64,000 nt of DNA from Takakia lepidozioides (Eukaryota > Plantae > Bryophyta), in assembly GCA_030704615.1 (NCBI GenBank), contig CM060731.1, positions 22,072,001-22,136,000 of the forward strand, in the 5' to 3' direction. Every line of letters begins with the position of its first letter. Position 1 is the first letter of the stretch. Below the pieces are notes generated by a model, which was not told the DNA's origin, ran no database searches, and saw nothing but the letters and a program-made list of their open reading frames with translations. The translations under genes and the position numbers were made by a program. This document shows positions 1 to 12,224 of the stretch, in pieces.

Positions 1-348
1 AATATATTTCCAAATAATAAATCACAAATAAAATTTGAATTATTACACGTGGAGTAGGAAGTGGTTTCAACCACTTCCCATCGATGAGGTGTCTATAACC
101 ACTCACTATGTACCACTGCACTCGTCCACGTGGAATATTATATTTATTAATTAAAATGTATTAGCAAATAAATAATAATAAATAATAATAAATAAAAACA
201 AATTATTACACGTGGACTACTGAGTGGTTGAAACCACTTCCAACCACTGTCTGTGATGCCACCGTGGCATTTCATTGGTGGTTTATAGAGTGGAAAAAGA
301 CAGTAGTGGTTAAAGGGCCAGTGGTTATTCCACGTTTTTCTTCTAGTG
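1..348 (-). mobile_element. CACTA (En/Spm) transposon terminus with subterminal repeats; element continues beyond window start
   Basis: Minus strand from 348 reads CACTAGAAGAAAAACGTGGAATAACCAC. Dense ACCACT/AGTGG subterminal motifs. Matches the TIR at 7162-7189 at 26 of 28 positions. Confidence 0.85.
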
Positions 349-619
349 TGAGCAGTACTCCCTGCCTGCTCAATCAATGACAAGGCCTCATCCTGCCCCA
401 TCATCTCATCCTTGAGGACCTCCTCAACCCGAGAAGAATCCCCAACCTCATCCATCACAGCCGCCTTGGCTCCCAACTCCCTTGAACCTCGAGCACCTCC
501 CACGTGTGCCATAGATGTTTACACCCCGTGGTCCTCACTTGCTCGCCCCCACTCACTACTTGTACCATCTCGGTAGGCAGAGAGACCGTAAAGGGAAGTG
601 CACTCCGCACTCTACGTTG

Positions 620-1580
620 CTCAACCATAGCCAAGCTGATAATCCAGGTCAAGCAATTGAGATCCATCGCTTGCCCCAACACCCGACGACGTGATGCCTC
701 AGAAAGAAAAGGCACCACCGTGGTCCCAGTGGAAAAACCCATAGCCCGCTTTTGCTCGTCGGCATTAGGCTCCACTAACTGCTGCAACTGAGCATCCTAC
801 AGGAGGTCAGGTCCACTATCTCGGAAAGCATGCGATCCTGGGAAGCTGAGCAGTGTAGGTGGTGTTGCTCATGGTTGACCCACCTTGTTGACCACTGCCA
901 AAGGCGAACAGTCATCGTGTCTCACACGCTGAGACTGCCTCCCTGTGTACAAAATGCTATTCACTATGAGGTGTGCAGGCCGCTGCACCCAATCAAATGC
1001 ATGCTTGAACAGTGCGGGTGACATCAAGTTAGTCCACCATAACCGTGGACGATAAGCCTGTAACCCCACTGCAGCTGCATCCAGCAACACTGCTGACCCA
1101 AGCCACGACCAAACTTGATGCACACTGGCCATCACCCTGGCCGGAGAATCGCCCATCAGTGGCACATTCTCCAAGATGTATGCTGGAGATACAACTTGAT
1201 GAAGCTGTAAGTGGCGCAAAACCCGCACCATCTCTCAAAACAGACCCGACCTCGAGTCTCGCAATCCATTGTCATGCCCGGCTGATGAATGCCCTTGGCG
1301 GGGCCAACCTGCCACTACCAGATCAATGGAGCCAACCCACTCCAAATCCTGCGCTCCCAGCAACGAAATGTCAAGTCCTGCTGATATCCACGAACTGCAG
1401 ACACCGGCAACAACTCAGGGTATTGTTGCACCAACTGAGCAACATGGCGTAGGGAGATGCGTCGTGCGGTCTTATCCCTCTCCACATAGAGGTAACGCCA
1501 AACTCTTTACACATGCCTATAGAACAGCAGCCAACTCGGTGCTGATCCCACCAAACAAGTTTAGAAGGCAAATGCCTTCA
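620..1580 (-). pseudogene. C5 cytosine DNA methyltransferase domain (Dnmt3-like) inside the retrotransposon polyprotein, inactivated
   Basis: Motif I LLNLFGGIS (1541-1567); motif IV DLVVAGWPRQGHSSAG (~1280-1325, catalytic Cys position is CGC/Arg); motif VI YILENV; motif VIII AYRPRLWWTN; motifs IX/X KRAMGFSTGTT...RRRVLGQAMDLN. In-frame stops and frameshifts present. Confidence 0.9.
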
Positions 1581-1859
1581 TCCGGACACTGCCACATGAT
1601 CGGTGTGGTATCCAATGGTGACAACTAAGGTGGTCCTGGTGCAATTTCCGTACTGTCCTCTTCTCCTGACGGTACAAACGCCTCTACCCAGGCTTATTGC
1701 ACACGACAATCAGCAACCCGATACAAATCCTTGCTCGAGCCCTACAATGGAGTGTGAGCAACCATGGCAAACAACTACGCCATACCATACATGTCATCAT
1801 GCTCTTCCGAAGGTGACACATCCTCTGAATGAGTGTTGTCATCCAACAACTCTCCAGGC

Positions 1860-2425
1860 CAAGTCACTGCAGCTATGAATGCTGCCAATGTCGGCATCTT
1901 GCCTCGTTGGGCAACCGCAATTCCTCCTATAAACATCATAGGGAGCTGCACATGTCGGCCCTCCCCTGACTGCCCTCCAGGGCTATAGGAAGCTGACTCC
2001 TCCCAAAAATCCAGGGTGAAGCCCATGGGGTACAACACTGCCCCACCAACAAGGACATCGTACGAGACTGTGTCTATCACAATGGCCTTGGCTCTCATCA
2101 CTGAGCCATCTGTAGGATGATCCGGTTGTAGTCTGATAGCCAACTCATGTCGTATCATGCCCCAAGCCTGCTCTGATCATCCCAGAGATGTCTGTATCTG
2201 GAAAGGGCACGGCTCCATATCTGCCTCCATGAGGCCCAAGCCTGCAATAGCAGCTCTGCCCATCATCAATGGCTGAGCTCCCGAGTCCAACAAGACTTGC
2301 AGTGGCCGGTACCTCTTGCCTGCCGGTCCACTCAACCAGAAAAAGCCATCTTCGTTGTCTAACATGACAACTCCAGCTGTCACCATGGCGCGCTCAATGG
2401 CTGACATAGCTGGAAGCTCCGCCAA
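1860..2425 (-). pseudogene. Retropepsin-type aspartic protease of the Gypsy element
   Basis: LQVLLDSGAQPLMMG active-site motif, followed by YDVLVGGAVLYPMGFTLDF (D-x-I/L-L-G-like C-terminal motif). Confidence 0.85.
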
Positions 2426-2840
2426 CCTGGCAGCTGCAGCTTGTCATGGCGCCGCCGTGGCAGTCTTGACCCTCACATCCGAGGATCCCTCCGGCACTAC
2501 ACCGCAGCTGACTCCACTTGCACCAGTGGTACTCCTGCCCCGTACATAGTGGTAGTGGTAGTGCTGCCCGACACTAGTGGTAGTGGTGCCCCACCCACAG
2601 TGGTAGTGGTAGTGGCACCACTCACTAGTGGTAGTGCTGCCTCGCACATGAATCCATGCCTCCCATGTCTCCTCCCTCAGGAGCAGGAGGTGGACCATCC
2701 GGCCTTGGAGCCGGTACCACCTGAGCTGTGGCCATGGCAGCGAGCCTCTGCTCTAGCTGCTGAAGCCGGTTGGCCATGCCTTGGTCAACACCCTGACCTC
2801 CACGTTCTTGGCCATGTTGAGCTTGCCCTTGGCCTGCACC

Positions 2841-4194
2841 TCATGCCTGACCACCTCGTCCTCTCTGTGCTGCTCCACCTCGCCCCCGGCCACCATTGTT
2901 CCCTTGGAACTGGCCTGGGCGCAACTCAGGATGCAAACCATAGAACTGGGCCTCTCCATGCCCGTAGTTGCCACAATGCCCACATTGCAACTGTGCAGGC
3001 TGTGCCGGTGCCAAACCATTGCCTCCCTCTGGGCAATCCTTCTTGACATGGGGTCCTCCACATGTCCAGCACACCACATCCGCCCGTTGTTGGCTTGCAA
3101 ATGAAGGGAGAGACCCCTGCAATCTGAGGTCCTCTTTGCCCTTCCCTGGGCTTCACTTGAGCCCCCTTGTTGCCTTGAGCACATTGAGGTAGTGGCTGGC
3201 TAGGAGCACCACTACCCCGTGGTGCCTCCTTAGCAAATCCCACCATGATCACTCGTTCCTCCACCATGTTGAGCTCTATCCGCACTGCTAGCAAAAACAC
3301 ATTTGCTAAGGTGGGTTGGGCCGCTTGTTGGAGAGTTGCATCTCGCACCGTTCTCCTCAGCTCTTTGTCCAATATCCCATACCAGAATTGGACTGCCTGA
3401 GCCTCCCTAACCCCTTGGGTTACATTTATCAAGCGCCTCATGCGAGTGAAAGCCTCCCTCAAGCTCTCAGTAGGCTTCCGTTGGAACTCTTGCAAGCTTC
3501 TCAACTTCTCTGTCATCACCCCTTGGTAGTTCCTTCTCAACTCTTCGATGAACTCCACAATAGGGTTGAAGGCAGACACCGTCACTAGTGCTGGTGCAGC
3601 AGTAGCTTGGGTGGACGTCGTAGTTGCTGTACCACTAGTCCCACTACTGCTTGTGGAAGCTACTGTTGCACTTGCAGCTGCTGGTGTAGCTGCCGGCGTG
3701 GCTGCTGCCCTTGTGCCTCTAGTGCCTCTAGTGATGGAGACATAGTCGGGTGACCAGTACATCCTCCACTCCTCGATCTCAACATCGTGCCCCCGCCTAA
3801 ACTCATGGTAATCATCCATGGGCGGCCCCTCAAGGTGCTGAAACAGCCCCTTCCATGCCATGAAAGGCGTAAATAGTTGTGGATTGCGCATTAGCTGCAA
3901 GTCACACCAACTATCAAACTCTTGGATAAAATCATCCAACTCAATGGTGCCCACCGCCCCAGAGTACCTTCATGGCCCCTTGGTAGTTCCATACATCTCC
4001 TCCATTGTGTCCCACGACAATGACAAGGAAACAACTTGCACCGCCGGTGTGAGTCCTCCTGATTCACAATCCGAATTAGAACCTTCCATAGAAGACACAG
4101 GAGGTGAAGGTGGCCTAAACCGCACACCTCGTCTCGTATACCCGCTATTATCGCTAGTGCTCGTACCGGCACTTTCCCCAGCAACTAGTGGCAC
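2841..4194 (-). pseudogene. Gag with two zinc knuckles, frameshifted and with stops
   Basis: Retrotrans_gag-like LQEFQRKPTESLREAFTRMRRL. Knuckles CWTCGGPHVKKDC and degenerate CGHCGNYGHGEAQF, then an RGG-rich tail. Confidence 0.85.
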
Positions 4195-5440
4195 CTCCGT
4201 GTTGACAAACTGAAACTCAACTGGTCATGAACCTATCTCTAACACCCTCTCCACAAGGTAACCGGGTATAGAACCTGATGCGGCTTATGGTTTGGAATAC
4301 TAGGTTCCTAACATAGCCTGCACCTGCACCTGCATCCACCGCAGGAACTCCTATGGTTGGTTGGTCATCATCTCCAACCTCACCACAGGAGAAACAAAGA
4401 TGGTCTGACTGGTCATCAACCCAGCCTCACCATCGACAACATGTTCTAGGGTTGAATTGGCGATCAAGCCCGAGTCAACCACCTATAAAATCAAGCGCCC
4501 ATACAAAACTAGCATGACGCACAATTAAGCATGCGGGTGTGGAGGGGATCCAAACACAAGAATGAAAACAACAACTCCCCCACACCAAAAACAACTCCAC
4601 AATGTCGCTCCTGCAACCTAGCCCAAACCCGGACTGACTATTGTCTCCACCTACGGAAATGTCTCGGCCTACAGAGAAGGTGGAAAGCTATGAGGAAGGG
4701 AAACTAAAGCAATGCCTATCCCCAGCACGCTCTCATCCCAACACCTTTTTTTTTTTCTCTTTTCTCTCACTTGCATGACCATGAGAGCATCCTGTAGACA
4801 CTTCTCAAACCGCCCTCCACGAGCTCATGAAACTTGGCCTCCAAGGCCCCATGCAAGCCTCCACAGGGTCTGCCAGTGCCTCTTTATGTCCACCAACCAT
4901 TCCTCAGAATGGAACCACCTTAGGAAACCACACCATTTGCTGAAGGTTAAAAAATGGAGCAAATAGAGGTACATATAGGCCCCAACAACATACTATCCGA
5001 AGGAATTACCTGCAGGCTGGTCTCCCCATAGTTAAGAATTGGGTTTTTTATTTATTTTATTTTATTTTTTTCACTCTGCCTGTTCGCGGCCTTCCGTGGC
5101 TCTAACTGCCACGACTCCTCACAGCCCGCCTAAGGCGCTCGTTGGCCACGGGCTGCCCGTGATACCCTGTGGTACCACGCCCACGAGCCTCCACGGCCCG
5201 CCATCCCCCGATCTGGTCACCGTGCCAACCCGTGGTGTCCGCACCACGGCTTCCAACGGTCACGGTCAACAGTTCCCTGCGTTCCCATGAACTCCACACG
5301 AGTTCTCATGCGTTCCCGAGGCGTCCTGGGCGTTCCCACGCGTTCCTGAGCTCTCTCCGAGCTGGGGTTTGCTCCTACAACTGCTGCCACTGAGTGGAGC
5401 CATCAGCCCCGTTGCCCTGCACTCCTGAGCTCTCATGGCC

Positions 5441-7189
5441 CACTAGAAGCACCCTAAACTCAACAAGCAAGCAATATGCTGCCCAACAAGCTCCATTTCT
5501 TCATGAAGCTCACAAAAACTGTTGGCTATCAGTTTTGTACAATGTGGCCATTTACATGTTGGGTACTTCAAACTATTAGTAGATGCATTGCTAAATGTAA
5601 CTGCTAAGGGGTGTTGGGTGTGATGTTTGCAGGCTGAGAAAGCCACTCTTGATATTGCCACCGACAGTGCACCAACTACGGCGCCTTCAAAAGCAGCCCC
5701 CAAATATCAACCCCCTGCCACAGTGGCAGATATTCTTATGCTACCAAAAGTACTTTGTACTTTGAGTGATTGCTTATACTGGACGGTCCTCATTATCTAG
5801 TTTTCAATGTACATGTAAGTCTTCATGGGTTGATTAATGTGGGTTTTATGGTGGGTGTTGTGTGCAGTTTAAATTGAAGGACAAAATCAGCCTGTATGAT
5901 CCTCATTTACCACGACACAAGGCTGCTTGTGGAATTGTCACTGGTGTGCCTGACAAAGACACATATCATTGCCGTATTATACCTAAAGGATTGTGGTGGG
6001 TTGAGGTGAATGATATCTATATTGCCAATTGTGTCTTGCCTCACCCTAACGAGGAAGAGGTCCCACCGCAAACAATGTTGGAGGATGTCGTCGGTCTGAA
6101 TTGTCTTTGGCCAGAGAAGAACATGAAGAGGGCTTAGATTTCGTTCGTCCGGGCATAGACATTGCTGGCAGTGAGAAGAAGGCAGGAAAGCAGTTCAGTG
6201 TTCCTAGCATGCATATGGAGACGTCGTGTAGAAGTTAGGCTCAGACTTTTATCATGGCTGGATTTTGTTGACAGTGTTCCAACACTTAATTCTCTGGGAT
6301 TCTAGTCTATTTTGTGGAGCTTGAATCCCCAATGGTACTTCTTTCACTACACTAGTGGTATGTGTTCCTCTAGTCATGTTCATAATCACTTGCACATCAC
6401 TGTAATAGTGGTATAATTTAAAACTGTGGGAGTAGCCAAATGCACACAATTGCCTACATTACCACTCGTATAGTGGTATAAGTAGTCACATATATATTAC
6501 TGTATTAGTGGTATGAATTCCTCTAGTGGTATTCCTAAACACTTACACACCACTCTGTAAGTAATCACTCCAATCCATAGTTCCCACTCAGAGAGACACC
6601 ATGAATGACTCAAATAGCTTACACACCACTATGTGGGTAATCATTCTAATGACCTGTTGAGAGACGTCATCCACTCACATAACCACTCTGTGAATGATAT
6701 TGTATATTCTCCATTTTCATAGAATGACTCTATGAGTCATTTTGTGATCACTCAACAAGTGGTTTCGGAAGTCATTGAATATCACTCCATCCATTTCGTA
6801 GCACTGACACATGACACGTGTCCATGCTGAGAGTGTCACCACGTGTCGACATAATCTCCAATATCATCCACGGACCACCGGCTTACACGTCTCCACTACA
6901 AAACGGAAGTGGTTACTTTACCACTATGACACGTCATAAGTGGTTGGTTTACCTCAGTGACATGTCACAGTGGTTAATTTACCACTGTGACACGTCAGCT
7001 AACAGGTGGACCCGGACGTGAGTGGTTCGAACCACCGTCCTTAACCACCGGTGCCACGTAATGTCTTTTACCACTCACTTGTCCTAATGCACTGGTTCTT
7101 CATCACTCTGGGGCCAGAGTGGTTTAGTGTCTTTTACCACTCAAAATGAGTGGTTAACAGAGTGGCTATTCCGCGTTTTTCTTCTAGTG
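5441..7189 (+). mobile_element. 3' part of a CACTA transposon (TnpA-like exon, subterminal repeats, TIR)
   Basis: Ends GTGGCTATTCCGCGTTTTTCTTCTAGTG at 7189, followed by TCA. ACCACT/AGTGG repeats at 6340-7170. Left boundary approximate. Confidence 0.8.
5868..6137 (+). CDS. Terminal exon of a CACTA TnpA/ORF2-like protein
   Basis: Starts after a TGCAG acceptor. The pattern GIVTG...H...IP.G.WWVEV..I....LPHP......T.LEDVVG.NCLWP resembles the C-terminal domain of CACTA accessory proteins. Lies just inside the TIR. Confidence 0.6.
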   Translation, partial: FKLKDKISLYDPHLPRHKAACGIVTGVPDKDTYHCRIIPKGLWWVEVNDIYIANCVLPHPNEEEVPPQTMLEDVVGLNCLWPEKNMKRA

Positions 7190-7589
7190 TCATGAGGTTG
7201 TGGCATAGCAACCACGGGACGCATCTCCTACCTCTAAGTCTGCTGGACTTAAGGTTGCAATTACGGAGGACAATTGGGAGCCTAACATTGGACCCATTGT
7301 CTTGGAGGAGAAAGACAACGTATACGGTGGTTCCTGAGGGCTTACAGGAATTGCTTTGCCTTCAGTTTGAAAGATTTGGGAGCACTGAAGGGTCAGAAGA
7401 TTCATATTGAGTTGGCCACAGACACGCCAATCTTTCGGAGACCCTACAGGTACAGTGACATGGAGAGTTCTTTGATTTAGATGAGGACTCAAGATCTCTG
7501 GGAGGCTGGTTTGGTGGAGCTCTCTGGTGGAGAGTATTCTTTAGCCACGGTGATACCAGCCAAGAAGGATGTCTATGGCAATTGGACGG

Positions 7590-8336
7590 GGGTGAATGCA
7601 GGGTTGACTAGACCAAAATAGACGTTACCGACACAGTTTTAGATGACTGCAATTGATGGTGTCATCAATTGAATTTGAATTGACTCATTAAAACCAGAAA
7701 ATATATATGTCATTGAATTCCTAGCTTCAATACGCACCCATCGCAACTCTTCAATCATGAATCCGATAAGAAATGACTGTGCTATGGACTTTTGAATACC
7801 GTCATTGTGGATTGTTACCGCAGTGAATGGAATTACAATGGACTTAAGTTCTCTTATGTGCCATTGGTGAATTCCATTGAAATTTGGACTTAAGGTGACC
7901 ATTTTGGTCCACATCATAGGTATGGATTTGAAGTGGCAAAATCATTTGTCATTTGACTCATATGGACTAATATATGTCCAAGAAATAGGCGTTTTTTTAA
8001 AAGTCCATAGTTTTATCTTGTTTTTTGGATTTTGGATGTCATTGTTTTTCTAGAAGTATAAAAACCTATAATCTTCAATGGCTAGGTGGCATATTGATTT
8101 TTTTTGTAAACTCTAATTTTTAGTTTTTCATAATTTCTCTAAATAATAGACTAAAATATTTAATGAATTATATCTTTAATATTTGGGGTAGAACTCTTTA
8201 CTAAATATGTTCAGTATACCATTATCTATCACTAAGAAAATATTTTGGATAGTATCATCAATTTTTTGTTTTTTGGTCATGTACTTTCATAGAGCAGGAT
8301 CTGCCGTTTTTGGTCCATTTAACTGTGCAACTACCC
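7590..8336. mobile_element. MITE (~747 bp) with imperfect GGGT TIRs and 4-bp TSD ACGG, inserted in RT
   Basis: ACGG at 7586-7589 and 8337-8340. TIRs GGGTGAATGCAGGGTTGACTAGACCAAAA / GGGTAGTTGCACAGTTAAATGGACCAAAA. Removing it restores the NWT-ERRMCGDY frame. Confidence 0.9.
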
Positions 8337-8619
8337 ACGGAGAGACGTATGTGCGGTGATTACCGGCCTGTAATTCGTCAGACCAAGTCCAATAAGTATG
8401 CCATGCCCACAGCGGAAGAGATCTTTGATGGCATTGGGCATTTCAAGGTATTTAACACTTTGGACTTGCGGTCCGGATATCACCAGTTGCCGATCAGGGA
8501 GGCGGACAAGCAAAAGACGACATTCTGGGGGATCAATGAGCATGGGAAGGATTGCCTATATCAGTGGCGGTTCTTACCATTCGGGCTTAAGAATGCTCCT
8601 ACAAAGTTCCAAAGAGTCA

Positions 8620-9080
8620 TCCCCCTGATAGGTCGTCTCAAGATGGGCGTCGAGGTCATCCTCGCCTTGAGCTCCTGAAAAGCTCGCTCTTGCTCATCTT
8701 CCCACTGCCACTCCTAGTCTACCTTGGTCAGCTTGGTTAGAGCCTTTGCAATAACACTAAATCCCTTGACAAACCGTCTATAGTAGTTTGCCAACCCCAT
8801 GAAAGCTCGAACTCGGCTCACATCAGTGGGGCATGGAATCTGTGCAATGGCCTCTACCTTAGTCTGCTGCACCCCCAATCCTCCAGGATATATCATGTGG
8901 CCCAGATTCTCAATCTGGTTGTGGAGAAACTTGTACTTCCCCGGATGTAATTTCAATCCATGCACTCTCAAGCGCTCAAACACCACCTGAAGGTGTTTCT
9001 TGTGCTCCTCCACCATAGCACTAAAGATGATGATGTCATCTATGTAGCACCGAGCAAAGTCTATCCCTGCTAGAACCCTT
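8620..9080 (-). other. Internally inverted RT segment (YIDD motif through connection domain)
   Basis: Minus strand reads RVLAGIDFARCYIDDIIIFS...FMGLANYYRRFVKGFS...TPILRRPIRG, which fits between plus-strand FQRV and PFQLHTD. Confidence 0.92.
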
Positions 9081-9907
9081 TCAGCTGCATACAGATTGGA
9101 GCATGCTGGGGCTTGGAGCAGTGCTCACACAAGTGGATGATGAGGGAAGAGAGTTCGTACTGGCTTATGCTAACCGCTCGAACAACGCTGTAGAGTCTAA
9201 GTATAGCTCATATGAGGGGGAGTGCTTCGCTCCAGTGTTGGCCGTGGCACACTTCAGGTGCTATCTATACGACAATCTCTTCACCTTTGTCACAGATCAC
9301 CAGCTACTCAAGTGGTTAATGGAGTCAGACAAGCTTACGAGGAAGCTTGCACAGTGGGCACTCATACTCCAAGAATATGACTTTCAGGTTGTGCATCGAC
9401 CGGGTTTGGTCAATAGGGATGCGGATGGATTGAGTCGCAATCCATGCACGAGTCAGCAGGATGATACTGGAGCTCGGTGGCATAATGAGACGAACGAGGA
9501 GATGGTGTAGGGATGACATGCATCTGTTTTTTTGTGTATCTTGACATCGGGAAGTTAGGTTGGACCTACAACATGGATGACTGTAGACGGAGTGTCTGAG
9601 GACCCCGAGGCTAGTGATGAGCCAGGTGGTGCCAAAGATATGCATGAGGATTCGGTTGTGTTGGACTACCTCCACACTGGAGACACTGCAGCTAGTGTGA
9701 CTGCCAAGGAGAGGGATCGGATCCTACAACGAGCCAAGAGGTTCAAGTGGGAGGGGATACACCTGCTTCGAGTGTGGGAGGATGGTCTGGTGAGGATCGT
9801 GCCTCACCCAACACAGCGTGCACGGTTAGTGCGGCAGTTTCATGTGCAAGTATGTGAGTTTGAGAGAGCTTGTGTGCTTATATCTTTCCTTTCTTTATCA
9901 TTGTGAT

Positions 9908-10015
9908 GGGCTACTGGCAGCCTAGTGGTGGACTAGTGGCTGCACTAGTGGTGGCTAGTGGTTGTCTAGTGGCAGCCTAGTGGTGCATTAGTGGTGGACT
10001 AGTGATAGACTAGTG
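9908..10015. repeat. Degenerate ~11-bp tandem repeat with CTAGTGG core
   Basis: Repeated ctagtgg units directly after the truncated pol; probably 3' UTR/LTR sequence. Confidence 0.65.
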
Positions 10016-12224
10016 TTTGGTATGCACATGTGTTGTGTGGTTTTGGACAACGATGTAGTTGTGTAGCGATATGTATGCGCACGACATCTGTTATTGGCTG
10101 TGCATGGCCTGTTTGGTTGAACCTGGTACGCTGAAACCTGGAACTACCTCCTGAAGGATCCATATCCGTTGTTGACCATGCCTTTGGAAGAATACCTCAC
10201 AACAAATGTTTGTTGTGGATATTGCGAATGAGTATATCTTTTCTCTCTTGCAATGATGATGGTTCTAGATCCCGGTTCTGCATGATGACCTAGTTTACTA
10301 ATCAAATCATCACTGATCTTCAAGTAGAAGTTCCTCGCATTGTTGATTTGGTAGTTTCTGTTGATCAACATTATAAATATCATAATCTATGTTTGATAGC
10401 TATACGCCTGAATTTTGTTGAGCTTGTTTGATAGATCTATTATATATCTACATGTACTTGTAGCGACTAAAATCATCAGTGGACGGAATAGACTTGTAGT
10501 TGAGTCACAAAATGGTAGAACCTCCTCACAGCCAAATGAGTGTCATTCTACTATCCATACAGTGGTGGAACTAACCATGATGCATCATGTATAATTGCCT
10601 GGTCAAAGGGAAAGATCATCACAGCAGCATGGGTTGTAGGGGAATTATATGGCTTGAGCTTGCAGCTCTGATTTCCAATGAACCAACAGTTAAGGCATTG
10701 CAGCTATTTATTGTATATAACCCTCAGCCTCTATACAACACAAGGTCTCCAAGCAAGGCTGGTCCCAAAATAGTAAAGCAACGGGAGCTTATGGCACGCG
10801 GACTGGCTTCTAAGTTGTCGGCTTCTTAAACTGATCAAGACTCAGAAGCCTTGGTTTTTGCAGATCTCTCTCACAATCCCTCTCACAAATCCCTGAGCCT
10901 CTCAATTGCTTCAAAATTAGCCCTACAAGCAACCCTACTGATAAAGCTAGGGGGACTGTAAACCATGGGGTAGATAGCCCATGGCTCTGGAGAATCGGTC
11001 AGCAGAAAAACTGACTAGCCATCTTCAAATATTAACTCCATCGCATCACTGTAGCAAAATTAGTATGAAAACGGACACAACAGATATTATATATGTATAG
11101 GGGTTGATCTAAGTTGTTTTCTTTTCGATAGAAAGGGGACGGAGGCCCAGAGGTCTACTTTCATGGATTGTGTTCACGTAAGAATGATGCACACAAACTG
11201 CTTTGCATGACTGGAAAGACGGTGTCGCAATCATGTCTCTGCTTTTGCAAATGTACAGGAAATTACTAGCTCTACTGCTTCTTCTCTTAAGATCTTTATA
11301 TTACACTCCAAAGGATTACATGGCTCATATTACTTCTTCTATACCAAGATGCAAGTATGACCGAAGCATAACCATCCTCGTGAGCTCTGTTATTTTAGCC
11401 ATCCTGAAAAGCTTCCAATAGTCGGGAGCTAATCGGGACAGGATATACTATGACCCAGCGGAAGTATGACCGACTCCTAATTCGGTCGCAGGTCATTTTA
11501 GCAGCCCGGTTATGCAGGGATAACCAGCGCCTAACCGGCTAGGTACGGCAGAACCCAAAGTAGGTAACATTTAATCAATGGATGTGATCCATGGTCAAAA
11601 TTGTTTTACATGAATCTGTCATAGAACGGGAACGGGTTTACATGGAAATTAACAAAAAAGAGTTCCATGTGAATCCGAACCATATCACTATTTTCTCTTA
11701 ATCCCACTTTGTCATTTCAACACATCTGATTCTTTCTAGGTATGATCCATACAACTGTCCAAACATTGAAAGTTACATTCAATTTATATATTTTGACCTC
11801 AATGAATTGTTACTCTAGAGTTTGATTTTCATAGAAATACTCGTATGAATTACATCCATGATCTAGATTGGCAGTTTCCGCTTGAAATCTTTATTAGGCT
11901 GCATCCCTCTCACCCTGAATCTTTTGTGGAGTATTTGGATTGAGCCATAACCTGGATTGAGCCATAACCTGCAATCATATAGAGGTGAATGCACAATAAC
12001 ATGATGCAATTGCAAACATTGATGTGGGTAAAAAATACTTATATAATGTTTCTTTTTTCCTTTTTGTACTACATTTTTAAGTTTAGAATGTACTTTAAAA
12101 TAATAATAATATAATCACCCAAAATCACAAGTATATACTTAGGTTATTTTTTCCTTAACCATTAACTGCAGGCCATTGGGCAAATAATTTCACCTCCAAA
12201 TGAGCCCATGCCAAAAATCGACTA

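Larger units (their letters stand above)
349..4990 (-). mobile_element. 5' half of a decayed Ty3/Gypsy LTR retrotransposon (putative LTR/leader, gag, protease, C5 DNA methyltransferase)
   Basis: Ordered gag, Zn knuckles, DSG protease and DNMT motifs on the minus strand. Possible LTR start TGTTGGGGCC at ~4987; the LTR boundary is uncertain. Confidence 0.85.
7190..9845 (+). pseudogene. Ty3/Gypsy pol: RT, RNase H and start of integrase region; interrupted and truncated
   Basis: TPIFRRPYRYS, KKDVYGNWT|ERRMCGDYR, LDLRSGYHQ, LPFGLKNAP, (inverted) CYIDDII, PFQLHTDWS.LGLGAVL, TDHQLLKWL, NRDADGLSR. RT-RH-INT order is Gypsy-type. Confidence 0.93.

Noticed and set aside
620-1580. Host DRM/DNMT3 gene
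   Set aside because: Intronless, canonical (not DRM-permuted) motif order, and colinear with protease and gag.
2441-3046. Plus-strand ORFs over the Gypsy element and ORFs antisense to the LINE and PPR genes
   Set aside because: Shadows of GC-rich coding sequence on the other strand, with no motifs.
5441-5455. CACTAGAAG as the true left TIR of the 5441-7189 CACTA segment
   Set aside because: Only 9 bp match and the preceding GCC is not the TCA TSD. The full partner TIR is at 321-348.
349-9845. In-frame stops as RNA-editing-correctable or readthrough codons
   Set aside because: Frameshifts, insertions and inversions coexist, and the stops fit 5mC deamination decay in nuclear DNA.
9908-10015. 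CRISPR-like or telomere-like array (also the ACCACT repeats at 6340-7170)
   Set aside because: Short degenerate TE subterminal/UTR repeats with no repeat-spacer structure, in a eukaryotic context.
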